From positions 25,856,001-25,920,000 of the forward strand of contig NC_087251.1 in NCBI RefSeq assembly GCF_037042905.1: DNA of 64,000 nucleotides, read 5' to 3'. Numbering within the stretch: position 1 is the stretch's first letter; each line of letters opens with the position of its first letter. Positions 42,401 to 56,000 of this stretch are shown here, piece after piece. Made by a program: the position numbers and the translations under genes. Source of the stretch: Lytechinus pictus. Its lineage: Eukaryota. The notes below the pieces were generated by a model that saw only the letters and a program-made list of their open reading frames with translations, was not told the origin of the DNA and searched no databases.

Positions 42401-45400
42401 ATTCACTGGTGAAGTTATTCCCCCATAAATCATTCTCAACAATCACACGATGCTTTTGACTGTTGTAATAATACTTAGACCCAAGCTTAGACCATTTATT
42501 TTAAAACTTGGTCTATCCATCGATTGTCAAGATCATCAGAATAAGTGGTAGGCATAATCACGACGAGTTTGAGAAACAAGGCTGCAAAAACTTTTTGGGA
42601 TGAGCTGTCAAGTATTTTTTTGCGTATTGGCGTGGTTGTTTGTGTATGGGTGTGTGCGTGCGGATGTGGGTGTGTGTTTGTGTCGGGAGGGGGGTTGTGG
42701 GTGTATTATAACGTCTTTGGATGTGTGGCATGTGTGCGCGCGCGAAATAACCAAGGTGTACAATCAATTTTATTTATACTGCTATATTACCCCTGCTGAA
42801 AAAAAAATACAGTATACGATGTTAACTGGTATCAACATGATCAATGTCAGTCTAGAAAGAGGTAAGTGTAGATTAATCTTGCCAATCATTGATAGCAGTG
42901 ATTCTGGATTACGAAGCAATTCAAGCAGTTTGGTATTTGTTGTAACTGTCATCTGGGTAAGGCAAGGTATACCTCAAGCGGGTCAACTTTCGAATCCTGT
43001 AATTTTTTGACCCAGAATGCGTGGTCTTTACGTTTTTCCATCCCCAAATCCTAATAATACCCTTAAGACATTTATTGCTTGATGGGTGCTAAACTTAATC
43101 TTTTCGATGGAGAGCAGGGCCAACACACGATACGAATGGGCAGGTGCATTTCATTCCTGAAAAAAAAAAAGTTTCGATTATTTTTGTTTTCTTTACAATA
43201 TGTCAATCCTGAATTATGATGGGGGCATGTGTCATAGGCCAGATGAGGCAACAGGGGCTTGTGTTAAAGGTTGTTCTTAGTTTTTGTTACACTGACCATG
43301 GCTTGCTCTCAACCAGTTGAGATTTGAATAGTTAATTATTATTTGTAAGTAATTGTAATTAATTGGGGAAAGAGTTTGCGTTTAAACGCAACTCAGGAAA
43401 TAATAATAATTACTAATACGCGTGTTTCATAAGTTGAAAATCAAGTTTTCAATTGATTTGTATTTTTCAGTTTTTATCTGGACTCTCTTTTCAACGGGCC
43501 ATTTTTTGGTGTAAGATTGGTTCTTTGACAGGCATAGCACCATTTCATTTAGGCCTTCTATTTTGTCCATATTCAATTTTGGTATGAAAAAATTGTATGA
43601 CTGAGGATGATTAAAAATATTGGACAGGGCATATAATATTGCAAAAAAACGTACCTATACGATTCATTACGTCTGTTAATTTTGCCTTTACTATAAATTT
43701 AAAAAATGTAACCATGATAGATTGGAGCTTTGAAGCCAATTTGAATCGAGATTTCCGTCATAACTACCATTAGGTCAAAGTTAGAATAATTGAAGCTGTT
43801 CCCAGAAAGAACTTACTATCGATACTCCTAAGGTATGTAGGTAACAGGTCTTTGCAGCCAATCAAAATCAAGATTTCCAAAATATATAGGTACAATGAAA
43901 GTAAGTGTGAAACTGGGCCCAGGTATGGGATTGGCAAGAATGCCTATACTTTAAACAAGAAATATACCCCACAAAATTGACCCAGGTTACGCCACTTTGT
44001 GACCAAGATGCTGTCAGTGGTCGAGACAGGTTCATTAAAAAGTTATGACAGGAAAAGTCGTGACCTACATCGGTCAAGTTATACCCTCTGAGAGTCTTGG
44101 GATTTGCGTTCAAGATCAAAAAGCTCTTGATATGTAATTCGTACCCATGGCCGTTATGGCGAGCGATACATGCCATACTTACGCGAAGAATTGACCTCAT
44201 TTTGAAGAATCGGGAAAAGAATTGGGAAAAGTTCGAAAATGATAAGTAATGTTGGAAGAAATAAATATATTATTTACTTTTGTTTTGGTGATTTGTTGAT
44301 TTTCATTTTTTTTCAAAAAAGAATTAAAGGGGATACAGAAGAAGAAAGTATAGTCAAAGTTGAAAGGAAAGTAGGAAGATGAAGACATACAAGTAGTAGA
44401 CTTGTTAACTGCAAAAAAAGGGGTGAACGCTGCATTTTTGAGTACAAATGTCCCACTTGGCACAAATGTTCCTTGAGTCAAAAGAAAAAGATTCATCCAA
44501 AGAGACACGCTGTATCTATGCAAATAAGCAATTAATTTGCATAAATTTGCATATTATGTCGATATAGTGAAAACAAGTATTTAAGAATATATATTTGACC
44601 AGAACTGCCCTAAAATTGGAAATAAACACTCAGGGTAAGAAAAGGAAGAAAACTGACATAAAATGATTGGGATATCCTTGTTTATTATTACCTAATTTAC
44701 ATAAATTATACAAATTATAATTTAAAACAGAGTATTTTTTCATGAATCCTGAACTGTTTTATAAATAACAGCAATTAAGACACAATGTCAACATTCTACA
44801 TGAAAGAGAATATATTAGCGAAAACATCGATATGCTTCATGACAGTATCAGTGTCTTAATTTGCTTAGAAAGAGGGCAAATATGTCAAAATGTATGACGC
44901 GATATTGCGCTAAAACGAGACCAAAACAACCTCTATGTCACAGTCACACTCACGAATCGGACAATAAAGCGATCAATGGTATGTCATTCGAGATATCACA
45001 ATCTCAACACTATAGCTTCCATCGTTTTCTCGTATCGCTTTTGTTGGTGTGTCTGCCACACCGTAATGGTATATACGGGCAAAATGCATTTCGGTATCGG
45101 TAAAACACTATTAATTTTGTTTTATTTGTTTCTAATTTGTGTCTCTTGGAAAATTTACAGGAGACATTTCTTTGCAGGTTACTGCTTTAATGAAGCTCTG
45201 GCACATGAATCATGACGAATGTACCCCACTTCAATCCATATTTTAACTTTATTAAAATATATTTCTTTTGGAGACCCCGAAGTGGCAAAACTGCATTCCC
45301 CGCGGCATTCCCGCTACTTTACAAAACCAGTTTGACTTGTACTATCGACTTCGAAAAGACAGATGTATGAGACATCAGTTAACATGTTTCCTGAAGATAG

Positions 45401-47067
45401 TTTTTTTTTTATTTCATTTAAGCCTACGTCCACGGGAGCCCTCCGAATTTACCCCATCCCTCTCTGTATTTCGGCACTAAATAAAACTATATCTTGTTTT
45501 ATTGCCACCGGCAAGGCAAATTGCGATTTTGGTATAATAAAGCAACTTTTATATCTATATTTCATATTTATCTATATTAATATTTTTATCATTATTATTA
45601 TATTTATTATTATTATTATTATTATTATTGTCATTGTTCTGCAGTTTGTAAAAATGTTCTAGCACAGTAAAGGCTATAACCCAACAGGAGCATGCCTAGG
45701 ATACCCTTTCCCCTTTTGGTTTTATGTATTCAAAAATAGTTTATTGTCTTTAGAACTCTTAAAAGATTACTTTTGTTTGTATTGATATCTTGGAATAAAT
45801 TGAGGAGAAAATACTCTACAATTGACATGTAGAAGAGCTGTGGTACATAGAAGAAAAGCCACACGTAAGCTCTAAAATACTCAAACCCCTTTATTGATTC
45901 CACTCTATGTTAAATTTAAATAATTTTAGAGCCCATTTGGAAGAAAGATACATTTTTACTACACACAGTAAAGCCTCTATACTTTCTCCACTTTAAAAAA
46001 AACCAAAGAAGGCATTGTTTTATATCGCATAAAATAAGTTCGTGTACATTCATTCATTTCGTTTATTTCCATTTTCAACAAATACAGTTTGCATTGTACA
46101 TTTTGACATATAAAAAATAAGTTCGTGTACATGGTGATGGCCTGTCGAAGTTGCCCAACCCTTTATTTTGTTTTGACAATATATATTTAGAATATCGTCT
46201 AAATGAAGCCCTCATCTGGAAAAGGGCACTTATCAAAGGCAGCATCTACATTATATAGAAGAGGCCCTGGTACTTGGAAGCGGGGGCTGAAGCACCCGCA
46301 AGATTTTCCGGAAGGGGGGGTGTGCTGCGTGTGTTATTCTCCATAGACAGCACCCCCTGGAATTCCGGCAGATGTGACAAAACGAAAAAAAGAAACGTTA
46401 CCAAAAACAAAATCATTTTGTTTATTTGCTTGTTAAATTTCTTGATGTAAATTTGAAAAGCAAAAAAGGTTCAATGTAAAATTTTGGTCCCAAGAAATTT
46501 AACAAGCTTCAGCCCCCTCTTCCCAGTGCCAGGGCCTCCTCTATATAATGTAGATGCTGCCTTTAATAAGTGCCCTTTTTCCAGATGAGGGCTTCATTTA
46601 GACGATATTCTAAATATATATTGTCGTAAAAAATGAACGATTGGGCAACTTCGACAAGCCACCGTCACGTACATGAACTTATTTTATGAGATATAAAACA
46701 ATGCATTCTATGTTTGTTTGGGTTTTTTTCAAGAGGAGAACGCAAAGATGCTTTACTGTGTGTAGTAGAAATACATCTTTCTTCCGATTGGGTTCTAAAA
46801 ATATTTAAATTTAACATGGAGTGGAATCAATAAAGGGCTGTGTGGCTGTTCTCCAATGTACCACAACTCCTCTACATGTCAGTTGTAGAGTATTTTCTCC
46901 TCAATCTATTCCAAGATATCAATACAAACAAAAGTAATCTTTTAAGAGTTCTAAAGACAATAAACTATTTTTAATACATTAAACCAAAAAGGGAAAGGGT
47001 ATCCTAGGCATGCTCCTGTTGGGTTATAGCCTTTACTGTGCTAGAGCACTACTACAAACGGCAGAAC

Positions 47068-47098
<31 letters not shown>

Positions 47099-50000
47099 GC
47101 AATAATAATAATAATATTCATAATAATATCAATAATGATGAATGTAAATATAAAAATATAGATATAAAAGTTGCTTTATTACACCAAAAACGCAATTTGC
47201 CTTGCCGATGGCTTTAAAACACGATATTTTTTTATTTAAAGTCGAAATACGGAGATGGGATAGGGTAAATTCGGAGGGCTCCCGTGGGCGTAGGCTTAAA
47301 TAAACAAAAAAAAAATTCTTCAGGAAACATGTTAACCGATGTCTCATACATCTGTCTTTTCCAAGTCGATTATACAAGTCAAACTGGTTTTGTAAAGTGG
47401 CGGGAATGCCGGGGGATGCAGTTTTGCCACTTCGGGGTCTCCAAAAGATATATATTTTAATAAAGTTAAAATATGGATTGAGGTAGGATACATTCGTCAT
47501 GATTCATGTGCCAGAGTTTCATTAAAGCAGTAACCTGCAAAATAATGTCTCCTGTAAATTTTCCAAGAGAAACAAATTAGAAACAAATAAAAAAAAATTA
47601 ATAGTGTTTTACCGATACCGAAATGCATTTTGTCCATATGTATCATAGATTACATGGATTACGGTGTGGCAGACACACCAACAAAAGCGATACGAGAAAA
47701 CGATGGAAGGTATTGTGTTATCTCGAATGACATACCATTGATCGCTTTATTGTCCGATTCGTGAGTGTGACTGTGACATAGAGGTTGTTTTGGTCTCGTT
47801 TTAGCGCAATATCACGTCATACATTTTGACATATTTGCCCTCTTTCTAAGCAAATTAAGACGCTAATACTGTCATGAAGCATATCGATGTTTTCGCTAAT
47901 ATATTCTCTTTCATGTAGAATGTTGACATTGCGTATTAATTGCTGTTATTTATAAAACAGTTCAGAATTCATGAAAAAATACTCTGTTTTAAATTATAAT
48001 TTGCATAATTTATGTAAATTAGGTAATAATAAACAATGATATCCCAATCATTTTATGTCAGTTTTCTTCCTTTTCTTACCCTGAGTGTTTATTTCCAATT
48101 TTAGGGCAGTTCTGGTTAAATATATATTCTTAAATACCTGTTTTCACTATATCGACATAATATGCAAATTTATGCAAATTAATTGCTTATTTGCATAGAT
48201 ACAGCGTGTCTCTTTGGATGAATCTTTTTCTTTTGACTCAAGGAACATTTGTGCCAAGTGGGACATTTGTACTAAAAAATGCAGCGTTTAACCTCTTAAC
48301 AAGTCTACTAAAGTAGTAGATGAGGAAGGAGAAAAGCAGTAGAAGAAGACGGAAAAGAAAAAGAAGAATAGATGAATAATGATAAAGTGAGGACTAACAA
48401 CGAGAAGGAGAATATAGAGGAACAAAAGGGAGAGGAAGAAGGAGGAGAAGAAGAAGAAAATGAAGAAGAAGAAAAGAAAAAGAGGAGGAGGAAGAGGGAT
48501 AAGAAGAAAGAAAGAAAACTTTGAGAAAAGAGGAACAAAAGGGAAAAGGGAGAAAGGGGAAAAAATGGGGAAATAGAAGAATATGAAGAAAAAAAGAGGA
48601 AGAGATGAGATGAAAAGGGCGAGAAGGGGGTACATCGGAATAGGAAAGATCATTGTGAGATGGGTATAAACGTTGTTCTAAAATGTTAGAGGGCTAGGGA
48701 ACTCCCTTTCTTTTGTGAATAAGTTCGACCTGTTCCAATTCATGACTTTGACACATGTATATATCTTAAAATTTATGTCATCGACTGCTTGCCATAGAGA
48801 AACCAATCATCTTGCGTTCTTGTGTGTCTGTCTCGAGGCTGTAGGATCATGGTCAATGATTGGACGTTCTCACTGACCTCAAGTCCAGGGCTAAAATCTG
48901 AAACGTTTGGGTCAGTTATTCCTGCTGTGAATGCCTCTGGTGGTCTGTCAATGGGGCTAGCCTGGCATGTGGGTCTGCTTACCGACCGGCAAATGTGGTG
49001 CAAATGGTGACTACTGGTCATTGGTGCGATGAAGATGATCATTATTTTCAAGACTTGTACTGATTGAGGCACCCTAGTTTTCTTTTCTTAAGTTATGCCT
49101 TGTGATATCAGAGCGATGTGTAAAATTATTTTAACGATTATAGGCCCACGGTGCGATATCCCATGCAATCTTGTAAAGAATTGATGTGGTTTTTTTTTTG
49201 CGTTTTATTATGTTTATTGTTGCCTTACTCATGTAAGCCCTCACTCCCTTAGACATTTTTATCTTTACTACTATTTTTTGGTTACATCAACACGTCAAGC
49301 AAATTTAAAGTTGTATTTTGGTTTCACCAAAAATCTCCAGCAAATTGACTCTTAATTCTATACCACCTTAAACAAACTTTCCGATCTTGTTTCTTCTCTT
49401 TTTTTTGCAATGATTGTTCAGACAATGTAGAAATTGTGCTTAAAGTCACTCACAGACTTTGAACACTGTAATTATTTTTTAAGTTGAGCTAGTATCAATA
49501 CACATTCTTGCAATTATCACAACTACTCATTTTATTTTATTTTGTATGTTTTATGTCTGCATTTCATGTCATATATCTCAATCATTTACCATTACAGTTT
49601 TGGTATTGATATGTTGCTCAGAAAAACATAGACATAAAGTCTTGACAGAACTCCAGAAGACAGCCATCTTGAGCTAAAAGTTTCGATTGATAGATGTTTT
49701 AAATTGAAATGAAAGCTACCAGAGCATTGAACTAAAATATTCACCAAAAAACATGATATTATGTTTTTAAAAAGTAATTCAGGTTGCTTTATACACTCCT
49801 TTCGGTTTACTATTATGACCACTTGATATTCCCAAAGGTTCATATGACCAAATGTCATTGGTGTTTACCTCACTGCTCTTGATTTGGCAATTAAGAGGTT
49901 CATTGATTAAGCACACCAGAGAGACCAACAGTTATCTTCAGAAAGATGTTATAGGATAATGCCTTTTAAAAGAATACTGAGTGCATCCGATGACTTTATT

Positions 50001-53000
50001 CCCAATCCATGTCATCCAGTTATGAGATCAATGTTTTCCAATGAGCCAACTTAGTTTAAATCAGAAAACCGACATTTTTTTTACCCTTGGTCTGGTCCAC
50101 CCTTTTCACAATACACATCCAGCTCCTCTTGGTGGCTGTGAACATGACAACAGACACTATGATGAAGGTATGACCATCCATCAATCCTGTGACTCGGTCT
50201 GTGATTGTCTTCTGGGTTCATGGATCTGCAGACCAAGGGGTTGTCCTCCTGCACCCGATGTACGTATCAGCCCTGTTAACTGCAGAGAGGAACCCCACCC
50301 AGACGACCCAGAGTGTTGCACCATGATCAAGTGTGATGAGGGTTCAAACGACTCCATACAACCAGGTAGGAAATTAGCAAGTTCATGCTGCACACATTTA
50401 AACAATCAACTGATAAATAAAGAAGATTTTCTCTTTCCCTGAAAGTTGGCTAAAAGTTTCATAAGTGGAACTACAAAGATATTGTACATGAAATGATTGT
50501 GTCTGATATGGATTGAACAATTTTACTAAGTTCAATGCTCTTTAACAAAAATGTCAGAGAAGCGATACCTATAAACATAAGAATACTTTATTTTACAATA
50601 TATCACCCATTGCATTAGTATATCTTTTTTTTTCAAGTACAGAATTCATTACTGGTTTCTGTACCACTGAGGTCATGGAATATGTAAGAATGCTTTTTCT
50701 CTAGATAGCTTCATTATTTGGCCAAAAATGAAACTTTGGTCTTGTCTGATTTACTTGTGGGTGAACATCTACCCAGCTAGGATGGAGGCAATGATATTAA
50801 CTTTGCACACTTGATAATCCATCTATCTTTCATCTCTGATGATTCCTTATGTTTCTGAACATTCATAATCGTATGTATGGCATCACTCATGTACATTTCA
50901 TTTCAATGTTTCCCAATTAATTCAACCCACCAGCTGACTGCATTGATGGTGGTGTGCTCCGAGTCCATGGGGAGACCTACTACCGTGGCTGTGACGAAGT
51001 GTGCTTCTGTGACAATGGGGTATCAGACTGCACCCGTAGGTGCCCTGACCCAGGCCAGATGATTCCAGACCTCCAGACATGCCCACACCCTACACTCCTG
51101 GAACCACCAGAGGGAGAATGCTGCCCCCATTGGTCATGTCCACCTCCTCGTAAGTAGAACAGAAAGTACATTCCTTGACTGAAAGCTCCATGGGAAAATA
51201 AAGCTTGAAGTTAGATTACAAATAGATGTGATAATCTATAGCTTCTTATCTAAAAAATAAGTCAAATCTAAAATTCTTTTAGGATTGATTTAATTTTGTC
51301 CAAATCTGTAAATTCATCAATTAAAGGATTACTTGTAAAACTATCTCATAAAGTTTTTCCAAAGTGTATATCAGCATCATTTAAAGTAATTATGAATAAG
51401 TATGCTATTTTTACATTTCGAAACCACTGCACGTAGATCCAAAGATGCCTTTGAAAACTTGTACTGCACTAGAGTCTTTTTGAATGAAAAATTTAGGTAA
51501 ATTTCCATGCTTGATTATGTAGCAATATGACATTACTTATCTAATGCTCCATTGATGCATTTGATGAAATATTTCAGTAGCTATAATTGAGAAAAAATAA
51601 TATGTTTTCCTTTTAAAAATTTAGCAAACTCATGTGAACTGAACGGCAACACCTATGAAGATGGCGAGTTTTTTGACGTCGATTGCAGCATGCGATGTCA
51701 ATGTCTTAGCGGTAGTGTTCGATGTGTCCCTCGATGTCCGGTCAGCTTTGCTGTTTCCACATTGAACTGTCCGAATCCAAAGATGGTTCAGCTACCAGGG
51801 GAGTGCTGTCTGCAGTGGGAATGTGAACAGCCAGGTAGTAATGAATTACTTTAAAAGATTAATCAATTTTTTGTTTGACCGATCAAATACCATGGCATGT
51901 TGTGTATGCTTGAGTTGTTATTACCAACAACATGTAATCACTACATCAAAGATATGGTATTCTTAATACCCTTTTGTATTTCATGGTGGCAGCGGTGGGA
52001 TTCATATATATTTATATACGGCAGACCGGATAAAATGTGTGATTACTTCTTAATCACACAAAGCTATGCGCACCAGAATCGGTAGACTAGCTTATCCGGG
52101 GTAATATAGGAGCGCCTTGAGCACCTAGCAAGGTGGATACGTGCGCTATACAAATCCTTTATTATAATGTTATGCTCTTGAAAATTGAATTAAATTCATT
52201 GTCATTCTAAAGTATCAGAGCCATTTATTACATTGATAGTTTATGAATGTCTTAGGAATTCAACTTCAATATGTTTATTTCACTACAACACTTACTCTTT
52301 ATAGGCCTACTTGGTAGATTAGGCCTCAACTCCAAAGGAAAGAGCTCTCAGAAGTTTCTCAAAAGTTGCAACTGTAGGTGCAGACACAACTAAATCTTGA
52401 AAATATTCAATGTAAGGGTTTATTTATGGATCAGTGTTAAGCAATAAAATTTAAATGGTTTGTGATGGATATTGTTAGTCATATTATATTGATGGTTTGA
52501 TCATGGAGCTATTGGTTTGATGAGTTGAATTTCAGGGTTTGAATAGAATAATTGCTCAATTGATTTCCTCTCTGTATTTGAATATTGTTTTCTTTTCTGT
52601 GGCTTTTGAATGTCCTCATTCGGAAATCAGCGGCTCCTGGATGCCTGTACCATGGTGCCTCAGGGAACATCAGCATGGTCGATGGTGACTGGATAAATGA
52701 AGACTGTGACAGCCGTTGCCTCTGTGACCGAGGTACCCTGATGTGTATGCCAATGTGTGCTGAACCATCACCACCATCACCAACTCCACTTTGTCCTCAT
52801 CCTGTAGTTACCAAGCTGAGAGAAACAGACTGCTGTCGGGTGATTGCTTGTCATGACCCAAAAGGAGGTATGTTTCAGGCCCCATATCTTTGGCAAGCCG
52901 TGCCTCAAATATAAGGTGTTGCTTTGCAAACAACCTCTAAGTCCATTGTGAATTAGTAGTTATCGATTCAAGCATTTCCAATGCAGCAAATTGTTTTGAA

Positions 53001-56000
53001 TCAACAAATTGTTGTTTGGTTTTGTTTTTTAATGTATCAAATATTCTTCTCCCTGCAGAGAGTCCTAATGTGGTCCAGGATGTCTCAGTTCTGGCCTTCA
53101 ACATGACAGCCATTACAGTTGGGTTCACACCACCTGCCAACACTGACCTGAGGGCAATGACTGATGGATACATCATCTACTACACCAATAGATCAGAAAA
53201 TGTCACGCTTGATGATTGGACAGCACTGAGAAAGGTACGTTAAGGTGAAATTGTCTGTTAAATGGACACTCTCCTTATTAACTTAACATCAATGATTATC
53301 AGGGGCATTAGAGATTATGGCAACCATATTAGTAGTGAAAGGACCTAGTCATTTAGATGTTCAGGTTGTATCCCACCACTGCCACCATATTAGTAATGAA
53401 AGGATCTCTAGTCATTCAAATGGTTTGTGTAAGTATCCCTCCACTGCCATCATATGAGGAAAGGATCTCCAGTCATTTAGATGGTTTGTGTTAGTATCCC
53501 ACTGCTGCCACCATATTAGTAATGAAAGGTTCTTTAGTCATTTAGATGATTTGGGTTGTATCCAACTGTTGCCACCATATGAATGAAAGCACCTCTAGTC
53601 ATTTAGATGGTTTGGGTTGTATCACACTGCTGCCATCATATTAGTAATGAAAGGATCTCTATTATTTAGATGATTTGGGTTGTATCCCACTGCTGCCACC
53701 ATATTAATGAAAGCATCTCTAGTCATTTAGATGGTTTGTGTTAGTATCCCACTGCTGCAACCATATTAATGAAAGCATCTCTTGTCATTTAGATGATTTG
53801 GGTTGTATCCCACTGCTGCCACCATATTAATGAAAGCATCTCTAGTCATTTAGATGGTTTGGGTTGTATCACACTGCTGCCATCATATTAGTAATGAAAG
53901 GATCTCTATTATTTAGATGATTTGGGTTGTATCCCACTGCTGCCACCATATTAATGAAAGCATCTCTAGTCATTTAGATGGTTTTGGGTTGTATCACACT
54001 GCTGCCACCATATTAATGAAAGCATCTCTAGTCATTTAGATGATTTTGGGTTGTAACCCACTGCTGCCACCATATTAGTAATTAAAGGATCTCTGGTATT
54101 TAGATGGTTTGGGTTGTATCCCGCTGCTGCCACCATATTAGTAATGAAAGGATCTCTATTATTAAGATGATTTGGGTTGTATTCCTCTGCTGCCTCCATA
54201 TTAGTAATGAAAGGATCTCTATTCATTTAGATTGTTTGGGTTGTATCCCACTGCTGCCACAATATTAATAAAAGCATATCTAGTCATTTAGATGGTTTGG
54301 ATTGTATCCCACTGCTGCCACCATATAATGAAAGGATTTCTATTATTTAGATGTTTTGGGTTGTATCCCACCACTGCCACCATATTAGTAATGAAAGGAT
54401 CTCTAGTCATTTAGATGGTTTGTTTTAGTATTCACATCTGCCAACCTATTAGTAATGAAAGGATATCTCATTTAGATGGTTTGGATTGTATCCCACTGCT
54501 GCCACCATATTAGTAATGAAAGGATCTCTATCATTTAGATGTTTGGGTTGTATCCCACTGCTGCCACCATATTTATGAAAGCATCTTTAGTCATTCAAAT
54601 GGTTTGTGTAAGTATCCCACTGCTGCCACCATATTAGTAATGAAAGGATCTCTGGTATATAGATGATTTGGGTTGTATTCCTCTGCTGCCACCATATTAG
54701 TAATGAAAGGATCTCTATTATTTAGATGGTTTGGATTGTATCCCACTGCTGCCACCATATAATGAAAGGATCTCTATTATTTAGATGTTTTGGGTTGTAT
54801 CCCACCACTGCCACCATATTAGTAATGAAGGGATCTCTAGTCATTTAGATGGTTTGTTTTAGTATTCACATCTGCCACCCTATTAGTAATGAAAGGATCT
54901 CTCATTTAGATGATTTGGGTTGTATCCCACTGCTGCCACCATATTAGTAATGAAAGGATCTCTATCGTTTAGATGGTTTAGATTGTATCCCACTGCTGCC
55001 ACCATATAATGAAAGGATCTCTATTATTTAGATGTTTTGGGTTGTATCCCACCACTGCCACCATATTAGGAATGAAGGGATCTCTAGTCATTTAGATGGT
55101 TTGTTTTAGTATTCACATCTGCCACCCTATTAGTAATGAAAGGATCTCTCATTTAGATGGTTGGGTTGTATCCCACTGCTGCCACCATATTAGTAATGAA
55201 AGGATCTCTATCGTTTAGATGTTTGGGTTGTATCCCACTGCTGCCACCATATTAGTAATGAATATATGGATCTCTGTTATTTAGATGGTGATTGTTGTAT
55301 CCCACCACTGCCACCATAATAGTATTGAAAGGATCTCTAGTCATTTCGATGGTTTGAGTTCTATCCCACTTCTGCAACCATATTAGTAATAAAAGGATCA
55401 GTTAAGGTGATAAAATATATCATACATTATAGTAATGAAATGAAGTGATGTCCAACTGTTAAATGTGGTTATAAAGGCCCTGTCACATCATTCCGTGCAA
55501 GTCTTGCATGTGACTTGCGGGTAACTATATTTGCTGGTACCCGCAAGTCGCCCGCAGGTCACCTGCATTGTCAGTATCTCGCACGTATCTCAAATGCAGT
55601 TTCCCACAGAAGCGCACAGAATCTGATTTGCATGCAGGAAAGGTTTGAACATGCTCAAAACTTTGTTAAGGATGAATTGCGTGCAATCACCCATAACTCA
55701 CTCACAAGGATTGCATGGAACGATGTGACAACTCCTTAGCATACATTTTCAATTTCAAAATGCATTCAACATATCAGTAGGATACCTGTTTAGGAGGTAC
55801 TGAAATGAATGTTTTATTTGTTCTTTTTCTTCTCAGGATTTTCCCCTCGGTGTTGAGATTCGTGGCCACATCATGATGGAGATAAATAACCTGTTGCAAG
55901 AGACAACATATTACCTAAAGATCAGAGTTAGTATACCGGATAATATGGACTCCCAGCCGGCCCCACGATGGCCCAACACTCTACCAAGTACTGATATCTT

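Noticed and set aside
44861..47500. Similar ORFs on opposite strands (45268/45363 + and 47129 -) as duplicated genes or a transposase
   Set aside because: They are mirror images within the palindrome arms, short, frameshifted relative to each other, and carry no DDE or other recognisable motif.
44392..48310. Polinton/Maverick assignment from the AGTAGT-like left end
   Set aside because: The right end is ..CTACTA, not ..ACT, the TSD is 3 bp rather than 6 bp, and there are no polB/integrase ORFs.
53320..55399. CRISPR-like array, or a repeat protein from ORF 54032-54226 (21-aa repeat)
   Set aside because: The units are head-to-tail with no unique spacers and no cas genes, in a eukaryotic intron. 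Unit lengths vary (61-64), so the frame is not maintained.
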